A stretch of DNA of 64,000 nucleotides, taken from assembly GCA_043744715.1 (NCBI GenBank), contig JAYTUE010000214.1, forward strand, positions 41,332-105,331, written 5' to 3'. The stretch's first letter is position 1. Every line of letters starts with the position of its first letter. A model generated the notes under the pieces. That model was not told the origin of the DNA. It saw nothing but the letters and a program-made list of their open reading frames with translations, and searched no databases. Shown piece after piece: positions 1 through 8,363 of this stretch. Source of the DNA: Verrucomicrobiota bacterium. GTDB lineage: Bacteria; Verrucomicrobiota; Verrucomicrobiia; Limisphaerales; CANJSG01. The position numbers and the translations under genes were made by a program.

Positions 1-912
1 GAACAGCTCGCGTCCAATCCGGCCATGGACGCGCCCTCCGGGAACGCCACCCCCAAGATAGGCTGGCAGATGCCCGACAGATGGCAGGCCAAGCCCGCCG
101 ACGGCATGCGCCTCGGCAGCTTCAGCGTAAAGGGCGCCGACGGGACCGTGGCGGACGTCTCCGTCATCCCGCTCGCGGGCGAGGCTGGCTCCGTCGACTC
201 GAACATCAACCGCTGGCGCGGCCAGATGGGACTGCCCGAGGTGAGCAAGGAAGATGCCGCCAAACTCGGCGAGGCCGTTTCCATCGCCGGCAGCGACGCT
301 CGTCTGTTCGACTTTGCGGGAACTCCTTCCGGCAAATCCAAGCCGGAGCGGATGCTCGTGGCCATGTTGGAACGGGTGGAGATGAACTGGTTCTTCAAGA
401 TGCAGGGCGACGACGCGTTGGTCGCCTCTCGGCGCGACGAATTCGTCGTCTTCCTCAAGTCCGTGCGCTTCCAGGCTGAGACGGAAATTCCGGCCGAGAC
501 CGCCTCTCCCGCGCCCGCTTCGTCCTCGTGGAAGATTCCTTCGGGCTGGTCCGAGATCGCGCCCGGTCCCATGCAGCAGGCGAAGTTCACCGCCGGCGGC
601 AAGGCCGAGGTCGCCATCAGCATCTTCCCCGGGCAGGCCGGCGGGCTCTTGATCAACGTCAACCGCTGGCGCGGCCAGGTGGGTCTCGGCCCAGTGGACG
701 AGGCCGCCCTCCCCAATCTCGTCCAGCAGGCCGACTCGCCTTCGGGCAAGATCGCCATCGTCGACATCAAGTCGGCCGACGGTTCCAAACGCCTTGTCGC
801 GGCCATCGCCATGCGCGGTTCCGAGTCGTGGTATTTCAAGCTGCTCGGCGACGCCCCCACGGTCGAAAAAGAACGCGCTGCGTTCGTGAAATTCTCCGGA
901 GACCCCCGCTGA
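1..912 (+). CDS. Hypothetical protein built from two tandem ~130-aa repeats, probably 5'-partial
   Basis: ORF track 25..912. The frame stays open back to nt 1, and the ATG-25 product has no signal peptide, so the gene probably starts upstream of the window. The two halves align: NINRWRGQMGLPEV...WFFKMQGDD versus NVNRWRGQVGLGPV...WYFKLLGDA. The stop TGA at 910-912 is 1 nt before the ccsB ATG. Confidence 0.6.
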   Translation, partial: EQLASNPAMDAPSGNATPKIGWQMPDRWQAKPADGMRLGSFSVKGADGTVADVSVIPLAGEAGSVDSNINRWRGQMGLPEVSKEDAAKLGEAVSIAGSDARLFDFAGTPSGKSKPERMLVAMLERVEMNWFFKMQGDDALVASRRDEFVVFLKSVRFQAETEIPAETASPAPASSSWKIPSGWSEIAPGPMQQAKFTAGGKAEVAISIFPGQAGGLLINVNRWRGQVGLGPVDEAALPNLVQQADSPSGKIAIVDIKSADGSKRLVAAIAMRGSESWYFKLLGDAPTVEKERAAFVKFSGDPR

Positions 913-913
913 C

Positions 914-2077
914 ATGAAGCGCCTCGTTTCAATCCTCACCTCGCTCCGGCTGACGATCGTCCTGCTGTCGCTGTCCACCTTGCTGGTCTTTGTCGGCACG
1001 ATCGCCCAGGCCAAATACGGCCTCTACGACGCGCAGGACAAGTTCTTCAAGAGCTTCTTCGTCCTGTGGAACGGCATCCCCGTTCTGCCTGGCGGGTATC
1101 TCCTTGGATCGCTGCTCGCCATCAACCTTGTCGCCGCCCAGGCGAAACGCACCGAGCTCACCAAGAAGAAGGCCGGACTGATCATGATCCACACCGGGAT
1201 CGTCCTGCTGCTCGTCGGCCAGCTGGCGACGGACATGATGTCCACCGAAAGCCAGATGCAGCTCTTCGAAGGCGACACGAAGAACTACTCCGAGGACTTC
1301 CGCGCCAACGAACTCGCGATCATCGACACCTCCGACCCGAAGGAAGACCAGGTCGTGGCCATTCCGGAATCGCTCCTCGCGAAGAAGAAGGACATCGGCT
1401 CCCCGGCCCTGCCGTTCAACGTGCGGGTGAAGGAATACTGGGCCAACGCCGACCTGCTGCGCTCGGGTTCCAGCGACGCCGTTCCGGCCAATGCGACCGA
1501 TGGCTTCCTCAAGAACGCCTACGTCCTGCCGAAACCCCCGGCCAAGGACATGGACAGCCGCAGCATGCCCGCCGCGCTCGTCGAGCTGACCGACAAGGCC
1601 GGCAAATCCCTCGGAAGCTGGCTCATCGCCGCCGGCATCCGGTCGGACGACGTCGCGAAAGTCGACGGCAAGGATTACCGCCTCTCGCTGCGATTCACCC
1701 GGCACTACAAGGATTTCCAGCTCAGCCTGCTCAAGGCCACCCACGAAAAGTATAGCGGCACGGAGATCCCCAAGAACTTCGCCAGCCGCGTGCGGGTGCA
1801 GATGAACAACAACCCCGAGGTTCGTGAAACCATCATCTACATGAATAACCCCCTCCGCTGGGCGGGCTACACGTTCTTCCAGTATCAGATGGCGGCCGAC
1901 GAGTTCGCCCTCCGGCAGATGAAAATGGACCGCGCCTCCTCCACCTTCCAGGTCGTGAAGAATCCAGGTTGGATCACCCCCTACGTCGCCTGCGTCCTGG
2001 TCGGGGTTGGCCTGTGTTGGCAGTTCGGCTTCCACCTCTTTGGATTCCTCCGCCGCAGAAAACTCGCCGCCGCATGA
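914..2077 (+). CDS. ccsB: Cytochrome c biogenesis protein ResB/CcsB (System II)
   Basis: 387 aa. N-terminal TM segment LTSLRLTIVLLSLSTLLVFVGTI, a large periplasmic middle region, and a C-terminal block NFASRVRV...IYMNNPLRWAGYTFFQYQM typical of the ResB family, followed by a final TM segment. ATGA overlap with the next gene. Confidence 0.8.
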   Translation: MKRLVSILTSLRLTIVLLSLSTLLVFVGTIAQAKYGLYDAQDKFFKSFFVLWNGIPVLPGGYLLGSLLAINLVAAQAKRTELTKKKAGLIMIHTGIVLLLVGQLATDMMSTESQMQLFEGDTKNYSEDFRANELAIIDTSDPKEDQVVAIPESLLAKKKDIGSPALPFNVRVKEYWANADLLRSGSSDAVPANATDGFLKNAYVLPKPPAKDMDSRSMPAALVELTDKAGKSLGSWLIAAGIRSDDVAKVDGKDYRLSLRFTRHYKDFQLSLLKATHEKYSGTEIPKNFASRVRVQMNNNPEVRETIIYMNNPLRWAGYTFFQYQMAADEFALRQMKMDRASSTFQVVKNPGWITPYVACVLVGVGLCWQFGFHLFGFLRRRKLAAA

Positions 2078-4014
2078 AAGCGCTCACCAAACATCTCCAC
2101 TGGATCCTCGCCGCCGTCTTCGGGCTCTGGTTCGTCTCCACACTCCGGCCCAGGACCGACGCCGGCATCAGGGCGAACGAATTCGGGCAGCTGCCCGTGT
2201 TGTTCAACGGCCGCATCCAGCCGTGGGATTCCGTCGCGCGCAATTCGCTGCTCCAGATCCGCGAAAAACAGGCACTGGCCTACGAGCTCCGCAATGGAGC
2301 AGGCGAGGTCACCTACAAGACCAACCTCGCCGCGCTCCAGTGGATGATGGAGGTCATGTTCACGCCCGAGGCCGCCGACGCCCGGCCCGTCTTCCGTATC
2401 GACCATCCGGATGTGAAGGGTCTTCTCGGATTGAACATCGAGGAGAAGCATTTCGCCTGGAAGGATCTTGAGCCGAGCTGGCAGAAGTTCTACTCGCAGG
2501 CCACCAACTCTTCCCGGATCGAGTCCTCGCTCCGCACGCCCTACGACCAAGGCCTCCTCAAGCTGCTCAACGCCGCCAAGGTCTACCTCAACCTCAAGGC
2601 ATCCGTGACCTCGCCGCAGATCCGTGAACCGCTGGAAGACCTGATCTCATTCCTCAAATCCATCGAACCCGGCCGCGCCGCCGCCCTGGCCCAGCAGGCG
2701 GGAAAGACGGACTACGACGAGGCCGCGCTCAGCACCCTGGTCGGTCATCTCGGCAACTACGACATGATGGCGAACCTCTCGTCCGTCCTCGCCGTCCCGC
2801 CGCTCCATGTCGGACACGAGAGCCACGACGGCCACGCCGGGCATGACTGGACCGGCATGGGTGCGACGCTGATGGGTATGGCGCGCGGCGAGAAGCTGCA
2901 TGAGGCGGTGAAATTCTATGCCGCGATGGCCAGCAACTTCCGGTCGGGCAACGCCGAGAAGTTCAACAGCGCCCTCGCCGACTACCAGTCCCTCCTCGGG
3001 AAGGATTTCGTGAAGGAAACGAAGAAGGGCCGGATGGAGGCGTTCTTCAACCAGATGGAACCGTTCTACAAGTCGAACATCGTCTACGTGACCGCGCTGC
3101 TGCTGGGCCTGCTCTACTGGATCGTTCCCACCGAATGGGCCCGTCGCTCCGCCTTCTGGCTCAGCGTGCTGGGGCTGGTCATCCACACCGCCGGCCTGAT
3201 CTTCCGCATGGTCCTCGAAGGCCGTCCTCCCGTCACCAACCTCTACTCCTCCGCCATCTTCATCGGGTGGGGTTCCGTCATCCTTGGCCTTGTCCTGGAG
3301 CGCTTCTACAAGGACGCCATCGGCATCGTCGTCGCCTCCTTCATCGGATTCGTCACGCTCGTGGTGGCGCACAACCTCTCCCTCGGCGGCGACACGATGG
3401 AGATGATGCGCGCCGTGCTGGACACGAACTTCTGGCTGGCCACGCACGTCGTCATCGTGACGCTCGGCTACGCGGCGACTTTCGTGGCCGGGTTCCTCGC
3501 GATCATCTTCATCTTCCGCGGATTCTTCAGCCGCGGTCTGGCGGAAGGTCCGCGCAAGTCGCTCATGCGGATGACGTATGCGATCCTCTGCTTCGCCACG
3601 CTCTTCAGCTTCGTCGGCACCGTCCTCGGCGGCATCTGGGCCGACCAGTCATGGGGCCGTTTCTGGGGCTGGGAACCGAAGGAGAACGGCGCGCTCATGA
3701 TCGTCCTCTGGAACGCGCTCATCCTGCACGCCCGCTGGGGCGGATTGGTCAAGGAACGTGGCCTGGCCGTGCTCGCCGTCTCGGGCAACATCATCACCGC
3801 CTGGTCTTGGTTCGGCACGAACATGCTGGGCATCGGCCTGCACAGCTACGGGTTCACCGACTCGGGCTTCATGTGGCTCATGATGTTCATCGTGAGCCAG
3901 CTCCTGGTCATCCTCGTGGGTGTCATCCCGTTGCGCTTCTGGGCGAGTTTCAGCGCTCCGGCCGCGCCGACTCCGATGCCGCCTCCCGGCAAAGCCAAGC
4001 CCGGCATGGCCTGA
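2074..4014 (+). CDS. ccsA: Cytochrome c biogenesis protein CcsA/ResC with a long N-terminal extension
   Basis: ORF 1969..4014. I moved the start to ATG 2074 (MKALTKHLHW), which overlaps the ccsB stop as ATGA; product 646 aa. The C-terminal ~300 aa are polytopic and carry the Trp-rich heme-handling motif WADQSWGRFWGWEPKENGAL (WWD-type, CcsA/CcmC/CcmF family). Confidence 0.85.
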   Translation: MKALTKHLHWILAAVFGLWFVSTLRPRTDAGIRANEFGQLPVLFNGRIQPWDSVARNSLLQIREKQALAYELRNGAGEVTYKTNLAALQWMMEVMFTPEAADARPVFRIDHPDVKGLLGLNIEEKHFAWKDLEPSWQKFYSQATNSSRIESSLRTPYDQGLLKLLNAAKVYLNLKASVTSPQIREPLEDLISFLKSIEPGRAAALAQQAGKTDYDEAALSTLVGHLGNYDMMANLSSVLAVPPLHVGHESHDGHAGHDWTGMGATLMGMARGEKLHEAVKFYAAMASNFRSGNAEKFNSALADYQSLLGKDFVKETKKGRMEAFFNQMEPFYKSNIVYVTALLLGLLYWIVPTEWARRSAFWLSVLGLVIHTAGLIFRMVLEGRPPVTNLYSSAIFIGWGSVILGLVLERFYKDAIGIVVASFIGFVTLVVAHNLSLGGDTMEMMRAVLDTNFWLATHVVIVTLGYAATFVAGFLAIIFIFRGFFSRGLAEGPRKSLMRMTYAILCFATLFSFVGTVLGGIWADQSWGRFWGWEPKENGALMIVLWNALILHARWGGLVKERGLAVLAVSGNIITAWSWFGTNMLGIGLHSYGFTDSGFMWLMMFIVSQLLVILVGVIPLRFWASFSAPAAPTPMPPPGKAKPGMA

Positions 4015-4046
4015 AGATTCATCCGAAGATCTCTCCCCAAACGAGG

Positions 4047-4080
4047 AACGCCCGGCCTACTTGGTCGGGCGTTTGTTTTC
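4047..4080 (+). terminator. Rho-independent terminator after ccsA
   Basis: AACGCCCGGCC-tactt-GGTCGGGCGTT gives an 11-bp stem with one G-U pair, followed by TGTTTTC. It lies between convergent genes. Confidence 0.55.
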
Positions 4081-4097
4081 CAGCGGATGCGTTCTGC

Positions 4098-5198
4098 TTA
4101 CCGCCACTTGCCTTCGCCCCGGGGCGGCAGCTCGGTGCCGACGGGGTAGATGAGGTAGACGGTCTGGCCGGATTTCGCCCAGGCCTTGCGGACGTTGTCG
4201 CGCGGGTAGACGCGGCGGACGCGCTGGCCTTTTTCCAAACGCGCCCATGGATCGTTGATGACGACGTCGCCCGTTTCGGTGAAGCCGGCGAAGACGACGA
4301 GGTGGCCGGCGGACGAGGTCTTGGGATTGTCGTTCAGGAGATTCGCCGGGGCGGAAATGACGACGGGCAGCCCCTTGCGGAGCCACGCTTCCAGATCGGC
4401 GAAGCCGTCGAAGCGGGTGATGCACGCGCGCATTCCGGGAAAGCTCCCGGCGTAGGCGGCGTTGAAGGGCCAGTTGCCCGTGCCGTTGTAGTTCTCGTCG
4501 AAACAGGCGCGGGCTACTTCGGGCACGTCCTTCGCGAGGTCGGGCCGGTCGAGTTTCGCCGACCAGTAGTTCAAGACCATCGAGACGGAGGCGGGACTGC
4601 ACCAGCCTTCGCCGCCGGCGTAGGCGACCTGCGATTTCTCGGGAACTTCCAGCGACTTGCCCTTCATGTCCGCGCTGATGCCGGGATCGGTGGCGAACTC
4701 GCCGACCTTACGGAAGGAAAGGGCGACGAATTTCAGGGTGGCTCCGCCGGTGACGCTGTTGACCAACGTCAGCCGCACCTGCGCGCTCCTCGCCGGTTTC
4801 GTCAGGACCAGCGTGTCCGTCCTGAGCATGGCGTTTTCGTCCTGTTCGCGGCGCGGACTGCGGCGGGGTTCGGCCACGTTGTCGGGCGTCCAGTCGGCGA
4901 TCTTGTAGAAGCGGGTGGAGTTGGTGCCGTCGATGGCCCGGGCCTCGACTCGCACGACGCTTCCGGCGGGCGCCTCGACGTTCCATGAGACGACAAGCTC
5001 GTCCCAGGCGAAGGGCGCTTCGGTTTCCGGCGAGGTGAAGACGAGTCCGCCGCCTTCGGGCAGGGTGGAGAACTGGAAGTCGCGGAAGGTGTCCCAAGCC
5101 TTGAACCAGACGGCGTTCTTGTCGGGCGATGCGTTGGAGGTCATGCAGCCGGTGAGGCCGAGAGTGCAGCCGAGGAGGATGATCCAGATGCTCTTCAT
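4098..5198 (-). CDS. Lipoprotein with a C-terminal peptidase C39-like (papain-fold) domain
   Basis: ORF 4098..5237. I moved the start to MKSIWIILLGCTLGLTGC (lipobox). The C-terminal GWCSPASVSMVLNYW ... AGHLVVFAGF ... VINDPW supplies the Cys/His/Asp arrangement of C39-like peptidases. Confidence 0.7.
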   Translation of the reverse strand: MKSIWIILLGCTLGLTGCMTSNASPDKNAVWFKAWDTFRDFQFSTLPEGGGLVFTSPETEAPFAWDELVVSWNVEAPAGSVVRVEARAIDGTNSTRFYKIADWTPDNVAEPRRSPRREQDENAMLRTDTLVLTKPARSAQVRLTLVNSVTGGATLKFVALSFRKVGEFATDPGISADMKGKSLEVPEKSQVAYAGGEGWCSPASVSMVLNYWSAKLDRPDLAKDVPEVARACFDENYNGTGNWPFNAAYAGSFPGMRACITRFDGFADLEAWLRKGLPVVISAPANLLNDNPKTSSAGHLVVFAGFTETGDVVINDPWARLEKGQRVRRVYPRDNVRKAWAKSGQTVYLIYPVGTELPPRGEGKWR

Positions 5199-5279
5199 CT
5201 CGCCGCGCAGCAAAGCGTCCGTCGACGGCGAAGTCACGCTCCGGCCGGTGGTTTGTCCGAAAGTAGGCCGGAGCTTCCG

Positions 5280-5591
5280 CTACTTCTTCTCCGCTTCGGC
5301 TTTCTCGCGGAGCTGGAGGACGTAGGCGGCGAGCTGAGAGCGCTGTTCATCCTTCGTCAGTTCGGAGATGCCGTTTAGGCCAAGACCATCGAGCAGGTCG
5401 TCGCCGATGCGGTGGTAGGCGAAAATGGCGCGGGCCTCGGTGGTGATGTGCGGGTCTTCGAAGAAGAGGGGATTCGTGACGGGCGAGACGGCCTTGTCCT
5501 TCCAGGTGAGGGCCTCGGCGGCGTTCGAGTTGGAGGCAAGCCCGGCGGCCAGAACCGCGGCGGCGGAGAGGGTCAATGAGGTTGTTTTCAT
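5280..5591 (-). CDS. Small secreted hypothetical protein, possibly a gene remnant
   Basis: 103 aa with signal peptide MKTTSLTLSAAAVLAAGLASNSNA. The N-terminal part (PVTNPLFFEDPHITTEARAIFAYHRI) and the C-terminal tail (LTKDEQRSQLAAYVLQLRE) look like the ends of two different protein types. Confidence 0.4.
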   Translation of the reverse strand: MKTTSLTLSAAAVLAAGLASNSNAAEALTWKDKAVSPVTNPLFFEDPHITTEARAIFAYHRIGDDLLDGLGLNGISELTKDEQRSQLAAYVLQLREKAEAEKK

Positions 5592-5716
5592 GAATCGGCC
5601 TCATGTTCAGGAAGGGATCACCACGCGCTCCCCGTCGATTGCCCAAGTCCCGGCGTGGGTTGCTGGTTGTGGATTGCGAAAGCCGACGGCAAGGAACGGC
5701 CGGTGGGCTGTCAGGA

Positions 5717-6433
5717 TCACTCGGGGACGAAGAGACCGAAGTATCTAAGCGTGGGATTGAACTCTGTGACCGGTCCGAGAATCAGGACGGCCGAGCCTTT
5801 TGGGACTAAGACGTGAGCGCCGAACGGTCTAAGTGAAGGATGATCCATCGGAGGAACAGTGGTGCCTGGAGCGGCGCCGATGAACACTGTTTGATGAATT
5901 CTTCCAACAAAATTGAGCGTCAAGCCGCCGAAGCTGTGTTCCTGAATCTCGAACCGCTCATCGTAGGGTCCCCCGTAGCGGGTAGGCGGGGGCGGGGGGA
6001 GCTCCGAAGCCGGAAAAGATTGCCACCGATATTTAACGAGCCCGGGTTTCCTGAGGATATCCTGAATGCTATCCCCCTCAACAATCCAAACACAGACGCC
6101 AAGGCTATTTGTAAGGAGCGGCGGTCCGAGATCACTTGGAAGGCTTACGGACACATCGAGGCGATATGAGCTGAAGGGAACAAACTGCGGCGGTTTGATC
6201 CACGCTGCGCGGAATCTCTGCCAAGCTGCACTGACGGGCTGGCGCAGCGGCCCGAGAAACTGCAGCCGCGACCGCTGCGTCGGCATCTCAGTGAGGAGTT
6301 CGTTTTTGGGCGCGCTGAACCCAACGATCAAACCTGCCAGTAGGATGACCGTCGCGACCGATGCGACGACTACAACGAACTTCTTCCGGTTCCAGAACCG
6401 CCGTCTCACTCCGGATGTTTCGTTCGTCTCCAC
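5717..6433 (-). CDS. Hypothetical single-pass membrane protein in a low-GC islet
   Basis: 238 aa. TM segment FVVVVASVATVILLAGLIVGF follows a basic N-terminus. I recognise no family motif. Local GC is clearly below the flanks: hand-counted 60-nt samples gave 43-55%. Confidence 0.5.
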   Translation of the reverse strand: METNETSGVRRRFWNRKKFVVVVASVATVILLAGLIVGFSAPKNELLTEMPTQRSRLQFLGPLRQPVSAAWQRFRAAWIKPPQFVPFSSYRLDVSVSLPSDLGPPLLTNSLGVCVWIVEGDSIQDILRKPGLVKYRWQSFPASELPPPPPTRYGGPYDERFEIQEHSFGGLTLNFVGRIHQTVFIGAAPGTTVPPMDHPSLRPFGAHVLVPKGSAVLILGPVTEFNPTLRYFGLFVPE

Positions 6434-6484
6434 CTTTCAAAACGTTTCACGTTTCACGCCGCGCTTATCCGGCATCGCCTCCCG

Positions 6485-7258
6485 TCACTTCTCATCCAAC
6501 CGTCCCGCCGCCCAGAGCACGCCGCGGCTGACGTAGTTGAGGAAGGCGGGATCGGCGAAGGTCGCGTCGGAGTGGCCGTAGGTGGTGCCGAAGACGCGGG
6601 CTTGGCCGAACTGGTTGATCCACGCCACGGGATAGGCCTTGCCGTCGGCTTCGCTCACGGAGGTGGCGAGGGCCTTGGCGTTGGGCCAGAGCTTCTCGAT
6701 GACGTAAAGCTCGTCGGAAGGCGTGGTCCAACCGTCCGGGACATTCTTCATGATCGGATGGACGGGCTGGAGCTTCTTCACGGGATACTTGCTCTGGTGG
6801 TCGTGGCGGCGGCTCGTGACGCCAAGGAATTCGCGCCAGTCGTCGATGTCGGTGGCGCGGTAGGTGTGCATGGCGCAGTGGATGACGACGGCGGGCACGC
6901 CGGCCTTGTGCGCGGCGAGGATCTTGCGGATGTAGACCGGGTCGGTGGTGTCGGCGAAGCACTCGTTGTGGATGACGACGTCGTAGCCCTTGGCCCAGTT
7001 CGGATCGTCGTAGAGCGGGAGTTGGGCCTTGGTGCCGTTGCCGCCTTCGTTGACGACGCGCCAGAGGACCTGGGCGTGGGTGGAAACGGCGTTGGTCAGC
7101 TGGGCCGCTTGGAATCCGTAATTGTGGCAGCAACCGCCGGTGATCAGCAGTGCACGGATGGGTTTGCTGGAAACGGTCTGGTGGCCGGAGACGCATCCGG
7201 CGAGCAAGACGCCCACGGCGAGGACGGCGGTGAAGTGGAGGAAGCGGCGGAGGATCAT
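6485..7258 (-). CDS. ThuA-domain protein (trehalose-utilisation-like), lipoprotein
   Basis: 257 aa. Motifs LLAGC, IRALLITGGCCHNY, YDVVIHNECF, VPAVVIHCAMHTY, GTTYGH match the ThuA family pattern. Confidence 0.75.
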   Translation of the reverse strand: MILRRFLHFTAVLAVGVLLAGCVSGHQTVSSKPIRALLITGGCCHNYGFQAAQLTNAVSTHAQVLWRVVNEGGNGTKAQLPLYDDPNWAKGYDVVIHNECFADTTDPVYIRKILAAHKAGVPAVVIHCAMHTYRATDIDDWREFLGVTSRRHDHQSKYPVKKLQPVHPIMKNVPDGWTTPSDELYVIEKLWPNAKALATSVSEADGKAYPVAWINQFGQARVFGTTYGHSDATFADPAFLNYVSRGVLWAAGRLDEK

Positions 7259-7365
7259 GCGCGGAGCTTCTGCGGGCGGCGGAAGACGGTCAATGACGCG
7301 GGCTGGCCAAAGAAAACGGCGTCCCGGAAAACCGGGACGCCGTTCGCGGGGCTATGGATCAAATG

Positions 7366-8346
7366 CTACTTCGTCTTGTTCACCGGGCTGGTCGGGGATT
7401 CGACCTGCGGCGTGGCGGGCTTGGTCGCGACGGGGCGCGGCGGTGAACCCTTCTTGGCGTCGAGGTTGGAGTAGGCTTCGTCGTCGCTGACGGGCGCGGA
7501 GTTGATGCCGCCCTTGGGCACGTCGAGCTTCGAGAGCCAGACGAGCGCGTTGAGCATGAGGCGGCGCTGCTGTTCGTTCTGCCAGTTGAGGTGGAAGTGC
7601 CCGCCGGTGAAGCCGAAACCGCGTCCGCCATCGGGACGTTCCACGGCCCACATCATCGTTTCGGGCCGGCCTTTATCGGCCTGGATGTGGGGATACGGGC
7701 CCGCCGGATAAACGTAGGGTCCGTTGCGCGTGGCGTCGGACGGTTTGGCGACGAGGATGTCGGTGACGCCCGCTTTGCCGTCGCGGAAGCGCATGTTGAA
7801 ATACCATTCATCCTTCGTCTTGAAGGGCTTCACCCCGCGTGTGACCGGGTGGGCGGGGAAGGCGGTGTAGTCGGCGTCCCAGATGGGGTTACAGGAGAAC
7901 TGGTTTTCGTAGTGGCCACCGACCCAGTCCTTCCATTCCGCACCGCCTTTGTTGGTGACGACTTCGACGGCGTAATGGGCGAGGCCGAGGCTGACGCCCT
8001 TCTTCATCAGGCCGCCGAGGACTTCGAGACGGTTGCCCTGGACGCCGGGGTGTCCGCCGCCGCCGTCGGAGTAGATGAAGACGGCGTCCGCGCCTTCGAA
8101 GACCGAGTTGTCGTCCACCTTCTTGCCGTCGATCATCTTCACCGGCCATCCGTTCGTGATGAGGACGGTCTTAAGGCCGGCGATTCCTTCGAGGCGTTTC
8201 TGGAGAAGGATGCTGCCGGCGCGGAACTCGTGCATGAGCGGCGGATGGCTGACGGGCCCGGCGATCATGACGAGCTTGCGATCGGCCGCGTGGACGGCGG
8301 CGACACCCATGGCGAGCGTTGTGACGAGGAGAAGGCGGAGTTTCAT
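7366..8346 (-). CDS. ThuA-domain protein, secreted
   Basis: 326 aa. Signal peptide, then KLVMIAGPVSH...ADAVFIYSDGGGGHP...FGFTGGHFHLNW. The tail is Pro/Thr-rich. Confidence 0.7.
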   Translation of the reverse strand: MKLRLLLVTTLAMGVAAVHAADRKLVMIAGPVSHPPLMHEFRAGSILLQKRLEGIAGLKTVLITNGWPVKMIDGKKVDDNSVFEGADAVFIYSDGGGGHPGVQGNRLEVLGGLMKKGVSLGLAHYAVEVVTNKGGAEWKDWVGGHYENQFSCNPIWDADYTAFPAHPVTRGVKPFKTKDEWYFNMRFRDGKAGVTDILVAKPSDATRNGPYVYPAGPYPHIQADKGRPETMMWAVERPDGGRGFGFTGGHFHLNWQNEQQRRLMLNALVWLSKLDVPKGGINSAPVSDDEAYSNLDAKKGSPPRPVATKPATPQVESPTSPVNKTK

Positions 8347-8363
8347 GGGGGTCTTGGGTCGGA

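Noticed and set aside
929-2035. Long antisense or out-of-frame ORFs throughout the track, for example 929..2035(-), 12571..14001(+), 33527..36082(+), 37474..38769(+), 45413..46717(-), 54622..55821(-), 60064..31410-type shadows.
   Set aside because: They overlap genes with clear family motifs. Their products are Arg/Gly/Ala/Pro-rich low-complexity sequence typical of shadow frames in high-GC DNA, and they lack any recognisable motif.
3640-3700. The WWD motif variant WGWEPKE (Glu instead of Asp) as a sign of a defective CcsA.
   Set aside because: The substitution is conservative, the surrounding Trp-rich motif and TM architecture are intact, and the gene is tightly coupled to ccsB.
5280-5591. 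The small secreted ORF as a fusion of an outer-membrane protein N-terminus and a cytochrome c-like C-terminal tail.
   Set aside because: This rests only on my impression of two short peptide stretches. It cannot be supported without searches, so I kept it as a low-confidence CDS.
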